Notes: generated by a model from the letters alone, not told the origin. 58,727 nt of DNA from an uncultured Thermoproteaceae archaeon (GCA_964575955.1 CAZNTG010000008.1:1-58727); one strand, 5' to 3'. Positions 21,977 through 33,964 are shown, counted from the stretch's first letter. Numbers and translations are program-made.

Positions 21977-23295
21977 GTTCCTATTGTCCAAGATTCTAGA
22001 TATTTCTTCTGCTCTTCTGTTAATTCATCAATCTCAATACCCATAGCTTCAAGTTTTAATTTTGCAACCATTATATCAAGCTCATCAGGTAGTTTGTATA
22101 CTTTTCTTTCAAGCTTTCCTCTATTCTTAGCTAAATACTCAACTGCAAGTGCCTGATTTGAAAATGACATATCCATTACCTCGCTTGGATGTCCTTCTGC
22201 ACATGCCAAGTTTACTAGTCTACCTTCAGCTAGGAGGTATATCCTCTTTCCATTCTTTAAAACGTACTCTGTAACTCCTGGTCTTATCTCTCTCTTACTT
22301 ACTGCAAGTTCCTCGATATCTGGAACCCATATCTCAACATTGAAGTGTCCTGTATTTGCTAGTATTGCTCCATCTTTCATTCTCTCTATATGTTCTTTTC
22401 TGATAACTTTCATATTTCCTGTAGCTGTTATGAAAATGTCTCCAATCTCTGCTGCTTTTATCATTGGCATAACTTCAAAACCATCCATAACTGCTTCAAG
22501 TGCTCTTACAGGATTTACTTCTGTAACTATTACACGTCTAGCTCCAAGTCCTTTTGCTCTCATAGCTACTCCACGACCAACCCATCCATATCCTGCAACT
22601 ACTACAACCTTCCCTGCTACTAGTATGTTTGTTGCTCTTATAATGCCGTCCCATGTTGATTGTCCTGTACCATACCTGTTGTCGAATAGGTATTTTGTAT
22701 ATGATTCATTTACAGCAATTACAGGATATTTTAATACTCCTTCTCTCTCCATAGCTTTTATCCTTATAACACCAGTTGTTGTTTCTTCAGTACCACCAAT
22801 AACTTTACTAATCATTTTTGAGAAATCTCTATCACCGAGTATTTCTTTTGCAAATTTTGTAGTATCATCTTCTATTCCAAGTGCAAGTTTGTGGAATGTT
22901 GATATTATATCTGCACCATCATCCATAGTTATGTCTGGTTCTATAGATATTGCATTACCAATAGCGTTATAATACTCTCTCTCATTCATACCACGCCAAG
23001 CATATACATAAACTCCCTCTTCAGCAAGAGCTGCAGCAACATCATCCTGAGTTGAGAGAGGGTTGCAAGGTGCTAATGCTATAGTTGCACCACCAGCAAG
23101 TAATGTTCTCACAAGTACTGCAGTCTCCTTAGTTACATGTAGACTAGCAGCAATTTTCAAACCTTCAAGAGGTCTTTCACGTCTAAATCTCTCACGAATC
23201 TTCATGAGAACAGGCATATGACGTTCAGCCCACTCAATTTGAAGTCTACCACGTTCAGCAAGTTTTGGATCTTTAATCTTAACTAGAGGACTCAT
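21973..23295 (-). CDS. ahcY: Adenosylhomocysteinase
   Basis: [41 protein letters not shown]. Confidence 0.97.
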   Translation of the reverse strand: MSPLVKIKDPKLAERGRLQIEWAERHMPVLMKIRERFRRERPLEGLKIAASLHVTKETAVLVRTLLAGGATIALAPCNPLSTQDDVAAALAEEGVYVYAWRGMNEREYYNAIGNAISIEPDITMDDGADIISTFHKLALGIEDDTTKFAKEILGDRDFSKMISKVIGGTEETTTGVIRIKAMEREGVLKYPVIAVNESYTKYLFDNRYGTGQSTWDGIIRATNILVAGKVVVVAGYGWVGRGVAMRAKGLGARRVIVTEVNPVRALEAVMDGFEVMPMIKAAEIGDIFITATGNMKVIRKEHIERMKDGAILANTGHFNVEIWVPDIEELAVSKREIRPGVTEYVLKNGKRIYLLAEGRLVNLACAEGHPSEVMDMSFSNQALAVEYLAKNRGKLERKVYKLPDELDIMVAKLKLEAMGIEIDELTEEQKKYLESWTIGT

Positions 23296-23343
23296 AAACT
23301 ATCAATCCATAGCAAATGTATAAACTATAAAATATTTCCACAT

Positions 23344-24555
23344 TCAACTACTCATAACAATACACCTACCTGTCTCAAGATTACAAAGCCAGTAGTATGT
23401 TGATGGATTAATTAGTTGATTAGTACTTATCCACAAGATCTGACTATATATGTAGAATGGTTTAAAGTATTTTAAACCAAGTGGACTAAAATATGTTTGA
23501 CCATTACTTAAATATTTTGAAGCTAATTCAACCTCTCTAGGTATTTCAACAGTCAAGAATTGATACACATCACCACTAACTTTAGGATTTAGAAAGAATG
23601 CATGAAGATAATCTCCCTTCTCTTCAAGAACTTGAAGTCTAGCTGTATTATTTATGTAGACTGTAATTCTAACAATAGAGTCTCTATAATCATCTAGTGA
23701 TTCCTTAGTATTTGGATGCCATAAATCTTCTAATAATATTAACATATCAATAACAACTTCATATCTAGAATTTGCAACCTTGCTTAACGTATACACATGT
23801 TTAACACCATTAATATCGATTATTGTAAATGTCCAATCTTTAGTACCGTATGTAGGATTGATAACTACGACTACAGGACCTAAACTATATCTCTCACTCC
23901 ATGACATATCTTTTAAATCTAGTATTGAAGTACCTATTGGAAGAACTTTCAATCTCCCACTCCATCTAACACAACTGCTAGATCCAATACACCTAACGAA
24001 GTATATACTACCTGAGATGTAGAAGATTAAGCTATCCCAAGTATCGGTACCTGTATCTACATCAATAGAACCGTAAGTTTTAGAACCAGAACTTTCATCA
24101 ATAAAATATGCAATATCTAGAGTAGAAATATTTAAAAATTTTAAATTTAAAGTATAAGCTGCAAGTATGGAAGATCTAGACCCAGTTAAGACAACATAAC
24201 CAACATCTGGCATCTTACGTACACAATTAATAAGTGTTGATATTATTGGAATAGTATTAATAACTCCAGATTTTAGATATAGACCACCAGGAAATGTTTC
24301 AATACATGCAAGAGAACCATTAAGATAGTATATGAGGACAGATTTTAAGATAAAATCACGATCTGGTTCTACATACATAACAGCATATCCAGGACCAACT
24401 CTGGAACCAATAAGTGAAAATTTAACAATAGGATTATTAGAAGGTAGATTTGACGAAGATGAAGTTGAAAAATAGTAGAAGACTAGTAGACAGACACAGA
24501 CAATACAGATAATTAAAATACATGAAGTTAAGGTAGACAAACCTCTAAGAGACAA
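23344..24555 (-). CDS. Secreted/pilin-like protein with class III signal peptide
   Basis: MSLRG|LSTL followed by a hydrophobic stretch; TTG at 24555 chosen as start. Confidence 0.6.
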   Translation of the reverse strand: MSLRGLSTLTSCILIICIVCVCLLVFYYFSTSSSSNLPSNNPIVKFSLIGSRVGPGYAVMYVEPDRDFILKSVLIYYLNGSLACIETFPGGLYLKSGVINTIPIISTLINCVRKMPDVGYVVLTGSRSSILAAYTLNLKFLNISTLDIAYFIDESSGSKTYGSIDVDTGTDTWDSLIFYISGSIYFVRCIGSSSCVRWSGRLKVLPIGTSILDLKDMSWSERYSLGPVVVVINPTYGTKDWTFTIIDINGVKHVYTLSKVANSRYEVVIDMLILLEDLWHPNTKESLDDYRDSIVRITVYINNTARLQVLEEKGDYLHAFFLNPKVSGDVYQFLTVEIPREVELASKYLSNGQTYFSPLGLKYFKPFYIYSQILWISTNQLINPSTYYWLCNLETGRCIVMSS

Positions 24556-24615
24556 CACAAACAAGAAATAGATAAATTAGCTTTTAAATTTTCTTTAAGA
24601 AAGAACACTACCCGA

Positions 24616-24664
24616 ATGATGAAGGGTACCAAAACAGACAAATGAAGAATTCACGACGAGCTGA
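24616..24664 (+). ncRNA. Box C/D sRNA
   Basis: ATGATGA-12nt-CAGA-..ATGAAGA-12nt-CTGA. Confidence 0.78.
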
Positions 24665-24697
24665 AAAATAAAATTCTAAATACATCATAAATTAAAA

Positions 24698-24746
24698 ATG
24701 ATGAACAGTCCGGTAGCTGACAACTGATGAACGCTAGGTACGCTGA
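24698..24746 (+). ncRNA. Box C/D sRNA
   Basis: ATGATGA-acagtccggtag-CTGA-caa-CTGATGA-acgctaggtacg-CTGA. Confidence 0.88.
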
Positions 24747-25462
24747 ACAAACCTGCTAACAGCGATTATAGTAGGATCTATTGTCACAATGTTGAGAACT
24801 GACTAGAAAGACGCATGCACAAGACACCAGAACAATCATGACTTAGTCAAGAAGCTTGTCCTATACTATAGGCATACGGTTATCAAACTGAGTCTTTACA
24901 CATACCTTCCCATGCTTAGAAACTTCCCGATATATCTACATGAGCAAGATTGATGAGGATCTAATAATTGACTTTACGGGACACTGCGTAATAGAGAAGT
25001 TCATGAAGATGATTATCGAGAAGAAGATCTGTACGGGCTTGAGAGAAGTATACGAGAAGGTTAGACTAGGGAAAGTGAGAACTTATCACCAACATCGTCT
25101 CTCGAGTCCATACGTCTTGTTAACATGTTCATTGAGAAAAATCCTTGACCTAAAGTACAAGGTCCTGAATTACGTCTTGTGCACAAGAATAGGGTAATGA
25201 TTGGATATGTTCGCATGAGAAGATATATGATGTTCGGAGATAGACATCAATTATGAGTTTGTTCTTAGGAGATCAAGATTGTTATCCTTCTAGTCAGGTC
25301 AAGCTTCTTCTTGCAGACAGCTTCATTTTCACAGATCATTATCTTTCTCACATCTGATCCACGCATAAAGACCCTTCTAAACCTGACCCATTAACGTGGC
25401 TCGTGCTAGTCTCAACAATCACTCAAGAGCCTTTTAGTATGACTAAGGGCTGAGTCTGAAAT

Positions 25463-26237
25463 TTATGTGTTTTCGATCTTGTTAGACTCATACCCTATAG
25501 ACAAGAAGCCTTGCTCATGAAGTAGTATCAATAGCTCAAATAGTCTACTATAGTACTTGCCTATGCCCTCACTCTTGAGGTTTCTAAAGTTAGATATTCT
25601 CTGTATTAGAAACCTCAGAATATGTCGTATGGTAACGCAGAGATATGGTATTGACGATCCTGTCTTTATAAACCCTACATAATCTCTTTCTGCATCATTA
25701 CTTCCTCCTAGCTTTCTTACAACGCTCATTATCAGAAATATTCGTTTATCCTCAACATATACAAGGTGTTTCTCGAGCTCGCGTAGAATAGTCTCACTAC
25801 TCTTACGAAAACCAAAGAGACTTAAAGTGAGATCTAATACTTGTTTCAGTTTTTCTCTCTCTAGATCTATTTCCTCAAGCTCTCTTCTACCACTTTTTAC
25901 ATAACATAAGACGGCTATATCATATTCTTCCTTAACGATATCTTTTTTCAGCCCTTTTGGGGACTCTTCTAGCAATCTCTCTAAACAGTTCATTATCTGG
26001 CTCAAACAGAGCATGAACTTGGGTATTGTCTGTTCTAAGTATGCGTTCTACACATCCTCTTGGTCTATACGCTAGGATGTCTACTTCATAGGATCGTCTA
26101 TGTCTTTCATCGCCTACTCTATGGAGTACGTAGTTTGGATTTAGGAAGAACCCATTTAGTCGAAGATAGATACACGTAAGCTCTTCATACACAGACTTTG
26201 ACATACATGACTCTACTGGTAGCTTAGATAAATACAT
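25463..26237 (-). pseudogene. Frameshifted PD-(D/E)XK-like nuclease gene
   Basis: EVDILAYR in the upstream frame and LCYVKSG in the downstream frame; removing one A from the A6 run (25943-25948) joins them. Confidence 0.55.
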
Positions 26238-26310
26238 TACAGTATATTAATGATCGTTATCTCCCTATAATTCAGGAACTCTTCTATCCTCGATATCTTG
26301 AAACTATACT

Positions 26311-27210
26311 TTAGAGCGCAACTCCAATTCTCTGCAGCGTCTGCTCTATTGCTAGCTCACTGTCGTTAACTATGATCCAGAGGTTTATCTTATTCAGGAT
26401 GTATGCCACGATCTTCTTCACTATACCCTGTATGTCGTAGCTAAATGCGTAGCATTCTAGGATCCATTCGCGATCTCCAACTACCGCAACTATGTCTGGG
26501 TAGTAGTGCTCTAGCTGACCATGCTCGTTGAGTAGCTTAATGCTGCACCTAGACTCAGAATACTCGCGGCACCTTATTACTGCACCTGCACCACTAAGCT
26601 TCCTACAAGCCTTCTCAACTAGATTGTTGAGAACGAATTCAAGAACAAGAGAGTTCGTTTTTCTCTTTGAAGAATGCGCAGAAGTTATAAGTTACGAAGA
26701 ACTAGGAGTAGAACGACACATTATTTTAACCTGCCCAATGACACAAAGAGCGTTAGTACAACTCAAACAATGTAAGAGTATGCAAACATATTCGCACATA
26801 AAAATTAGATATAGCATTCGCATGTTGGGAAGACTAGGTCATCTTCTTAACGGTGTCTCTCTGCGATTTCCGTAACCTTGTTAAGGATGTCCTCAACGAG
26901 TTGTCTAGTTACTCCGCTCTGCTCTGTGATTTTCCTAGCTAAGTCGGTGACCTTAGCGTTAAGCTTCTCAAGCATTTTTCTCAACCTCTCAAGATCACTA
27001 TTAGGGTTAGTGGAGGTGGATCCGATCCTCTCAGCTATGTGTAGTAGAAGCATGTTTGTCAGCACAAGTTGACTATTCAGCAACGCAAGTCCCTAAGCCA
27101 TAGAGCCACTGAGAAGCACATTGTGAATAGTTGCAACGACATTGTACAGAGTAGATCTAATACTATCCTTAACCAGGAGATAGAGACCCCTAACACTACT
27201 CATAACATAT
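26311..27210 (-). pseudogene. Decayed TM/coiled-coil plus PD-(D/E)XK-like gene fragments
   Basis: Startless frame ~26690-26311 containing YPDIVAVVGDREWILEC; coiled-coil fragment 26847-27083; internal stops. Confidence 0.35.
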
Positions 27211-27388
27211 CAACAACAGATCACAAATTCTAAAATACTTCTCACAACCCTGAAAAATCTATTCTTAAAGCTTCGAGAATGAACATTTCTAAAACCTTAA
27301 AGAATAATTGCGTTGAGCACTCCACGTGCGACGTGTCCATTCTCTCGCTGGCTGTATCTTAACCATGTATAACCTTCAATAATTCTTT

Positions 27389-27926
27389 TCAAGATTCTGC
27401 ACTATGGTTACCTGTGTTCTTTGTTCTATATTTTAGTTCTAAGAATCCTATGAGGAGAAGCACTCTCGTTATCATGTCTATTATTAGTGCAAATCTTGCA
27501 AACTCCAACAATGATGTAATTACTGTGAGTATTGCACCAACAGTGAGTATAGTATTGCCTGATGCTTTTGCTAGTCTGTGTAGTGCAATTGCTGAAAATA
27601 TTCCGCATGTAGTACTCCTTCCCTGTTACGACTCCAAATAGCTCAAATAGGACTGTCTTTGGCATTGGGTAGAAATATACCACGAAGAACAACATGATCA
27701 GCGCGACGCCAAGTATGTAACTTACTAACATATAGTGAAACATCCTTCTATCATCATACACATCTGAGAAATATCTAAATGCAATCAGCAATATAAACCC
27801 CGCTACCAAGCTAAGACACGCCCATACCCACACGAGAGTTTCAAACTCAGAAAGTCCATACACACCATAAGCATATCTTCTTAACATCTCTGCAAAAACA
27901 AGAAGACCATACAACATAGTAATCAC
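27389..27926 (-). pseudogene. DUF996-like membrane protein, frameshifted near 27610
   Basis: LIAFRYFSDVYDD...; an alternative frame continues GIFSAIALHRLAKASGNTILTVGAILTVI...IGFLEL. Confidence 0.55.
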
Positions 27927-28267
27927 ATATACAGAGAAGCAGAGCCACCTACAGACATAAAACCACCTAGCACTATCACCTGCATTCGTAAGAAGAAACT
28001 ATAAGTATAACATCCTTATTAAACTATCTAGACCTAATATTGACACTCAGGATATACATTCATAACAGTTACTTAACGACTATCAAATCGAGAATACACA
28101 ACAACACTATTCACAAAATAAACACCTAACACACTTTCAATACTTGGATCGACCAACGCCTAGATCTCAAGGAATACGGTAAAGTAAAGCCATAACGACT
28201 GTAAATATAATAACGTTGAGAAGAAAATGAAATATAGACCCCTGTTCTACGATCTTTATAATACTTT

Positions 28268-29479
28268 ATGCTCGAAAGTTTCGTAAAGGCAGTAATTTTC
28301 GAATATCTCAGAGCAAGATCCGTGAAATCATATATACCCCACATGTTATTCATGCTTGGTATTTCATTATTCCTCTATCACATTATCTCAACAACCCTAG
28401 CCTTACCAATTATCCTCATCATCTTGTCTATAGTTATTCTCTTGCTTCATTATATCAGTAGCAAGAAATTAGCTTATTTGTTGAACGAATATTTAAAACA
28501 ACTAATCTTAGGACCCTTTAGCGAACTTGAAAATTTTATGAGACTTGTAGACGATATTGTTCAAGGCAAGAAGGACGCGTTATCAGACATTACAAATATA
28601 CTCATATCTTCTAGGAAAAAGAGAATAGTGCTACAGATAATTATACCCTGGATTGTACAGCTAATGTTAGAGATCATGATAATAATGATAGTCCTAGACA
28701 TACTTGCTCTTTTAATGCCTTCTGAACATCTTGCTAACATACCTCTGCTTTCTGTACTTGTAATAACCCTGTCATTCGCCCTAATGCCCTTCGTAAAGGA
28801 GGAAACAAAAGAAATTGAAACTGAGAAAGCCGTGCAAGGCGAGGAAGTGTTAGGGATGTTTTTGCTTAAGCGGTACTTTTATGAAAATATTAGGCACAAT
28901 ATTGTTAAATGGCTGATGAAGTTGTTACTAGTAATCGCACCTTGCATGCCAAAGCTAGATGTAGAAGTTCCAACCATAAAGTTCAGTGCGTATATATTCA
29001 ATGGAGACGGATTTAGAAAATTCATTACAGATCTCGCAAACAGTTATGATGTTAGAATCAAAGTGAATAACAACGAGATTTTGGACATCAATAAGTTGTA
29101 TGAAAAGCTTCCGAGAGGTCCTAGCGGGTTACCTAAGTGGATAGAACTCCATGTAAAGAGAACCCCGGTTGAGATGCTAAGAACACTATTGGGAGACCAA
29201 AGTGTGCTAAAGAGTATATCGAGAACGGGAAATTGCATTGTGATCGAGGTTAGAGATGGACACAACAGAGAAGTACTAGCGAGACTCGTGCTTACATTTT
29301 GGAAAGGTTGTGAGTATTGCAGAAGAATTCGCAGAGGTTGGGTCGAAACTGAAATTAAGCCTGCAGTGATTATGGCGGCATTTATTACGGGATTGCATGA
29401 TTATGTACAGATAATTGAAATAAGGCTCAGAATGTATTTCCGTACTGCAACAATAGAAAACTTGTTGTGTTCTGATTAG
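28268..29479 (+). CDS. Hypothetical membrane protein (4 TM plus soluble C-terminal domain)
   Basis: 403-aa ORF with hydrophobic N-terminal half. Confidence 0.7.
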   Translation: MLESFVKAVIFEYLRARSVKSYIPHMLFMLGISLFLYHIISTTLALPIILIILSIVILLLHYISSKKLAYLLNEYLKQLILGPFSELENFMRLVDDIVQGKKDALSDITNILISSRKKRIVLQIIIPWIVQLMLEIMIIMIVLDILALLMPSEHLANIPLLSVLVITLSFALMPFVKEETKEIETEKAVQGEEVLGMFLLKRYFYENIRHNIVKWLMKLLLVIAPCMPKLDVEVPTIKFSAYIFNGDGFRKFITDLANSYDVRIKVNNNEILDINKLYEKLPRGPSGLPKWIELHVKRTPVEMLRTLLGDQSVLKSISRTGNCIVIEVRDGHNREVLARLVLTFWKGCEYCRRIRRGWVETEIKPAVIMAAFITGLHDYVQIIEIRLRMYFRTATIENLLCSD

Positions 29480-30963
29480 ACTTAGCTCAATGCACTTATA
29501 CTAGCCTTATTAATATCTGATCAAGCGGTTAAAAATTTGATAGAGAAACAGTATCCTCGATGCTCTCTATCAGGTCAAACTCAATGGAGGGAAGATAACT
29601 ACTTTAATACGCTTCACACAAGGCAAACTACATTATGACATCACTTGACATCATTACACACAACTTCTCCTCACTAACCAGTCTAGCGTCAAGAACATGC
29701 TTTATATTTACCAACAAACTGCAATATTTGACATAGACACACTCTGTACTCTAGTTCTTCTGGCCGTCTGCTTAATCTCAAAATCTGGACCATGTTTTCG
29801 GGCTGCCTCAGAAGAAATATGGGAAGCTCGGAAAGACTGTAGCGAGTTTGAAGGCGAGGTCAGTCTCTTTTAGACAAATGACAATTGTCTCAAATGTTGT
29901 TTCTGCTGTGGTCGGAGTTTGTCTCTATATATGTCTTATGTCTCTATGTTACTAGTATGTGTCCTTTCTCAGTTACATCTGCTGAAGGGTTTCGTAATAT
30001 GTTGCGTAAGCTTTATAATTTTCTTATTAGAGTTGTGAATACACATATTCAACTTCTCGATAGGTATAGTAGACAAGCTTAGGATGCTGTATGATATAGA
30101 ATCATTTATTAATATTAGGTTTATAATAAGTATGTTTGATGATGCTAGGCTTTATGAGTGTCATGTTTAGATTTCATAATCTTACGAAGATAAGAAGCCT
30201 TACTAATAACTCTATAGCATAGGCGTCTAATAACTTCGATAGCTCTAGTTCTGAGAAACACATTCCCCAATATTGTAGACAACGCTTTAATTAAGTCATT
30301 ACTCAATTCCTCAGGTAATGTTAATAGAGATAGGTATTGATATATATTTAACCTTCTCTATTTCTTTCAGCAATTCTACACCTCTCTTAACAACTTCTTC
30401 GCATTTTCTATATAAGCTTTAACAAAGCTTGTCTTAGATTTAATCTATAGAAATGTTCGTGTAGTTTGCTAGCTATTCCTAGTGAGTTCTTGATGCGATA
30501 TTGAGATTAAGATTTTCTAATATTTTTTCAACAGCTTCCTGTATAGCACTATGTGGTCCTGGTGTTATTTATCAAAGTGCTGTTGTTACAGCTCTAGTGC
30601 ACATGTGAATGAACCCCAAGTTTTTCAGTAACTTCATCTAGAGCCCCCTCTTAGTTAGAAGATAAGCTTCGTATAATTTCTCCGGTGAAGAATGAGTATA
30701 TCTGCAATAATTATGCTTAGACATTCTCCAGTATTCATGTATACTAGGTCTAGGGGTTCTCGATATAGTGAAGCTAGTGATCATAGTTGCTAACTATCGC
30801 AGAGATACTAATACCTATGTACATTTCTTAGAAAGGGGTAGAGAGATTGAAATATATCAACTACACAAGTCCGAACGTTCAACTCTGTGTCTTATGGAGA
30901 TAACTAGTAATCTTTTAATTACCTGTCTGCCATATGTTACACAGGGGGTCTTGGTGAATATGC

Positions 30964-31308
30964 ATGTCCTGCAGAAAGTTGGAGGAGATTGCAGGGATTT
31001 TAGATGGTCTTGCTCATCCTATAAGACTTCGCATTGTTGCTCTTCTCTGGAAGTTTGGAGATATGTATCTTGCAGAAATTGCAGAACGCTTAGGTATTTC
31101 GAGAGCTTTAGCGAAAGTTCATTTGAAAAAGTTAGAATCTTCAGGTATTGTGGAGTCAAAGGTTGTTTTAGAGGAAGGGAAGGCAGTTGCAAGAAGATAT
31201 TATCGATTAAAGTGGAAGAGTACTCTAATAATTTCACCAGAAATCATATCATCTATAGTAGAGTCATGTGGTGATGATCATGGTGGAGACAGGGAAAGTA
31301 AGGTCTAA
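30964..31308 (+). CDS. ArsR-family winged-helix regulator
   Basis: LAHPIRLRI, EIAERLGISRALAKVHLKKL, RRYYRL. Confidence 0.88.
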   Translation: MSCRKLEEIAGILDGLAHPIRLRIVALLWKFGDMYLAEIAERLGISRALAKVHLKKLESSGIVESKVVLEEGKAVARRYYRLKWKSTLIISPEIISSIVESCGDDHGGDRESKV

Positions 31309-31618
31309 TCTAGAGGATATTGAGAGAAGTATTAAACGTATGGATAGTACATTGATAATAGTTTCAAGTCTAGTATTTATATGTTTAACAATTACAACAA
31401 TATATTCAATAGTGTTAATAGGAACTGCAGGTATTGTATTCATGCTCATATGTTGGATAGTTACAATAGCTACATGGACAAGAATTTTAAAAGTTTGGAT
31501 TGATGAAAGAGTAAGATTAATTAGAGAAAAATTAGAGCATAGGACAGTAAGTATTTTAGAAGAAATTTCAAAACTTAGAGAATCTATAGAAGCATTAAGA
31601 AAAAGCTTAGAATCTTAA
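31268..31618 (+). CDS. Small two-TM membrane protein
   Basis: Overlaps the ArsR gene; 2 TM plus coiled-coil. Confidence 0.7.
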   Translation: MVMIMVETGKVRSNLEDIERSIKRMDSTLIIVSSLVFICLTITTIYSIVLIGTAGIVFMLICWIVTIATWTRILKVWIDERVRLIREKLEHRTVSILEEISKLRESIEALRKSLES

Positions 31619-31620
31619 CT

Positions 31621-32349
31621 ATGTCGAAATTCTATAGAACTTTAATAATAGGCACAGTAGTAGTACTAATAACAATAGCAATACTATATACATTAACAAT
31701 AACATGGAACTCAATAATATACATATTTACTGGACCTATAGTAGAAAAATATATAACATATAACACGACAAGTATAAAGAAGATAATAATAGATCTAAAT
31801 AATGTAAATATTAAAGTAAGTAGAGGAAAACCAAAAATACATATATATGTGAGAAAGTACTGCAATGTTAATATTATGGAGATTGGAAATATGTTAATTA
31901 TAAGTAATAATATTCGAAGAAATCCATTCCTACCATTAATATGTCAAAATTCTAAGATTGAGCTATGGATTCCAATAAACTTAGAAGAACTTAAAGTAAG
32001 GGTAAGTTCATCATCAATAGTTATAGATAATATAAATGTATCTAAAGCTAGTATAATTATAAACTCAGGAAGCGCAAAGATAAGTATGAGTATTTCAAAA
32101 ATATTAAATATATTGAATAATATGGGAAGCATATTCATGAATATTAAACCAAATAGTAGAGCAATGATAAACATTCATAATAATATGGGAAGTATGTACA
32201 TAGAGTTAGAAACAGATGGAGTTACTATGAATATTGTTGAAAATAATATGGGAAGTATTAAGAATTTATGTAAGATAGGTACTGCTGTTACATTATCAAT
32301 TGTAAACAACATGGGAAGTATTTTAATAAGATGTATAGGCAAGACTTAA
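31621..32349 (+). CDS. DUF4097-like beta-strand repeat protein
   Basis: N-terminal TM; four NNMGS repeats. Confidence 0.65.
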   Translation: MSKFYRTLIIGTVVVLITIAILYTLTITWNSIIYIFTGPIVEKYITYNTTSIKKIIIDLNNVNIKVSRGKPKIHIYVRKYCNVNIMEIGNMLIISNNIRRNPFLPLICQNSKIELWIPINLEELKVRVSSSSIVIDNINVSKASIIINSGSAKISMSISKILNILNNMGSIFMNIKPNSRAMINIHNNMGSMYIELETDGVTMNIVENNMGSIKNLCKIGTAVTLSIVNNMGSILIRCIGKT

Positions 32350-32384
32350 AATAGAAACTACCTAGTAAACAATACTAATTATTT

Positions 32385-33569
32385 ATGAGAAAGTACTTCT
32401 ACAATATTAGAAATGTCTACTATTTACTACTATGCTTATGGTATTTTTCAGACTTTTCTATTGGTCCATATATTGTAAATTCGTTAAGTAATTTTAAGCT
32501 TAGTTCAGATATTATAATGTTAATATCATCAATACCTTTCATAATTCCATCGATATTAAGCTATTTTATGGGTATTCTAGGTGATAAGTATGGTAGACAT
32601 ATTATTAATTTTATATCTTTCATATCATTATCAATATGTTTAATGTTACTTGCATATTCAGGAAGTATATTAATGATAGTTTTAGCAGTAGTATTTCTAG
32701 GTTTAAGTTTTTCTTCATTTAATATAGATTCATGGTTTTATGATTGTCTAGGTGATGAAGAGTTGTTTCGTAAGTATGTATCTATAGGTCGTTCATTAGC
32801 ATATATTGTAGGTATGTTAGCTTCATACTTCATGTTATTGATGAATTTTCTCAATATCATAAGTGTTGGATTATTCATATCCAGTATATTTTCCTTAATA
32901 GGTTCTATACTAGTTGTATATATAATTCCGAAGTTTGGTAGAGGAATTAGAGGAAGTTTAGAAAATATAGAGAGATCATATACTCAACTTCTTAAGGAAG
33001 GTATTAGACATGTCTCAAGAAGACCTTTATTAGAACTTACAATTATTACAATACTATTTTACTCAGTATTTTATGTATTTGTAAATATGTGGGTTATAAT
33101 TACTCTAAGTTTTTCAAATGTATCTACTACATACAAGTTTTATGCAATCTTAATGACTACAGTATCATTAAGTTTATTAACATGTAGTAGAGTTAGATTT
33201 AAAACTTCAATATTTTTAACATTCTCAATTCTCTGGTTTATAACGTTTTTAATGTATATATTCTCAATATATGTAAAATTTATATTCTTAATCTTACTAA
33301 TATTTATATTGAATGAGATTTGTATTGGATTTAAAATTCCAATATTAATATACTTGAGAAATTTGTATTCTCCTAGTAGTGTTAGAACAGGAGTTTTAGA
33401 ATTTTCAATACAAATATCATCAATACTTGGACTAGTACTCTCATATATTTGGGGTCTACTATTTGATATATGTAGAGTACTCTCATTTACACTATTATGT
33501 ACTATATCATTTATAGAATTGATATTTACCTTAGTAGTTATCAATTATTTAAAATATAGAAATATGTGA
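32385..33569 (+). CDS. MFS transporter
   Basis: GILGDKYGR motif A; about 12 TM. Confidence 0.85.
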   Translation: MRKYFYNIRNVYYLLLCLWYFSDFSIGPYIVNSLSNFKLSSDIIMLISSIPFIIPSILSYFMGILGDKYGRHIINFISFISLSICLMLLAYSGSILMIVLAVVFLGLSFSSFNIDSWFYDCLGDEELFRKYVSIGRSLAYIVGMLASYFMLLMNFLNIISVGLFISSIFSLIGSILVVYIIPKFGRGIRGSLENIERSYTQLLKEGIRHVSRRPLLELTIITILFYSVFYVFVNMWVIITLSFSNVSTTYKFYAILMTTVSLSLLTCSRVRFKTSIFLTFSILWFITFLMYIFSIYVKFIFLILLIFILNEICIGFKIPILIYLRNLYSPSSVRTGVLEFSIQISSILGLVLSYIWGLLFDICRVLSFTLLCTISFIELIFTLVVINYLKYRNM

Positions 33570-33940
33570 GATTTTGTAAGTCGATAGAAAGTTTTTGGAT
33601 ATGTGTAGTAGATAGTGAAGATATATGCATTGAAAGATTTGCAATATTGAAAGATCCGGAAAATAGTATAACATGTATATCTACTAGGCAGATTTCTGAA
33701 AAATGTTCAGGACCTTATAAAGCATTGATATTTGAGGAGACACCAATAGACATTGTAGGATTTCTATTAAAAGTATTGAAAGTATTAGCTGAAAATGATA
33801 TACCAATAATGGCGTATAGTACATATCAGAGAGATATAATCTTAGTACCTGCAAATAAAGTTGAAAAAGCAGTACAAGCTCTCAAAAACGCAGGATTTAT
33901 AGAGGTCAGCGACAGGCTGATTCTTCACAAATCAGGATAG
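33566..33940 (+). CDS. ACT-domain protein
   Basis: VGFLLKVLKVLAENDIPIMAYSTYQRDIILV. Confidence 0.8.
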   Translation: MRFCKSIESFWICVVDSEDICIERFAILKDPENSITCISTRQISEKCSGPYKALIFEETPIDIVGFLLKVLKVLAENDIPIMAYSTYQRDIILVPANKVEKAVQALKNAGFIEVSDRLILHKSG

Positions 33941-33964
33941 GTGCATCTCATCATATGTAGGTAT

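Noticed and set aside
22340-22972. 210-aa plus-strand ORF and similar shadow ORFs (e.g. 5879-6385, 15438-15836, 55178-55624)
   Set aside because: Antisense to well-supported genes and without recognisable motifs
24940-25197. 85-aa ORF as a functional gene
   Set aside because: No motif; lies among fragments and is probably a remnant
29480-30760. Long ORF-poor tract, possibly a decayed minus-strand gene
   Set aside because: Fragments too broken to assign; no repeats or RNA motifs recognised
30768-31274. 168-aa ORF
   Set aside because: Overlaps the clear ArsR gene in another frame
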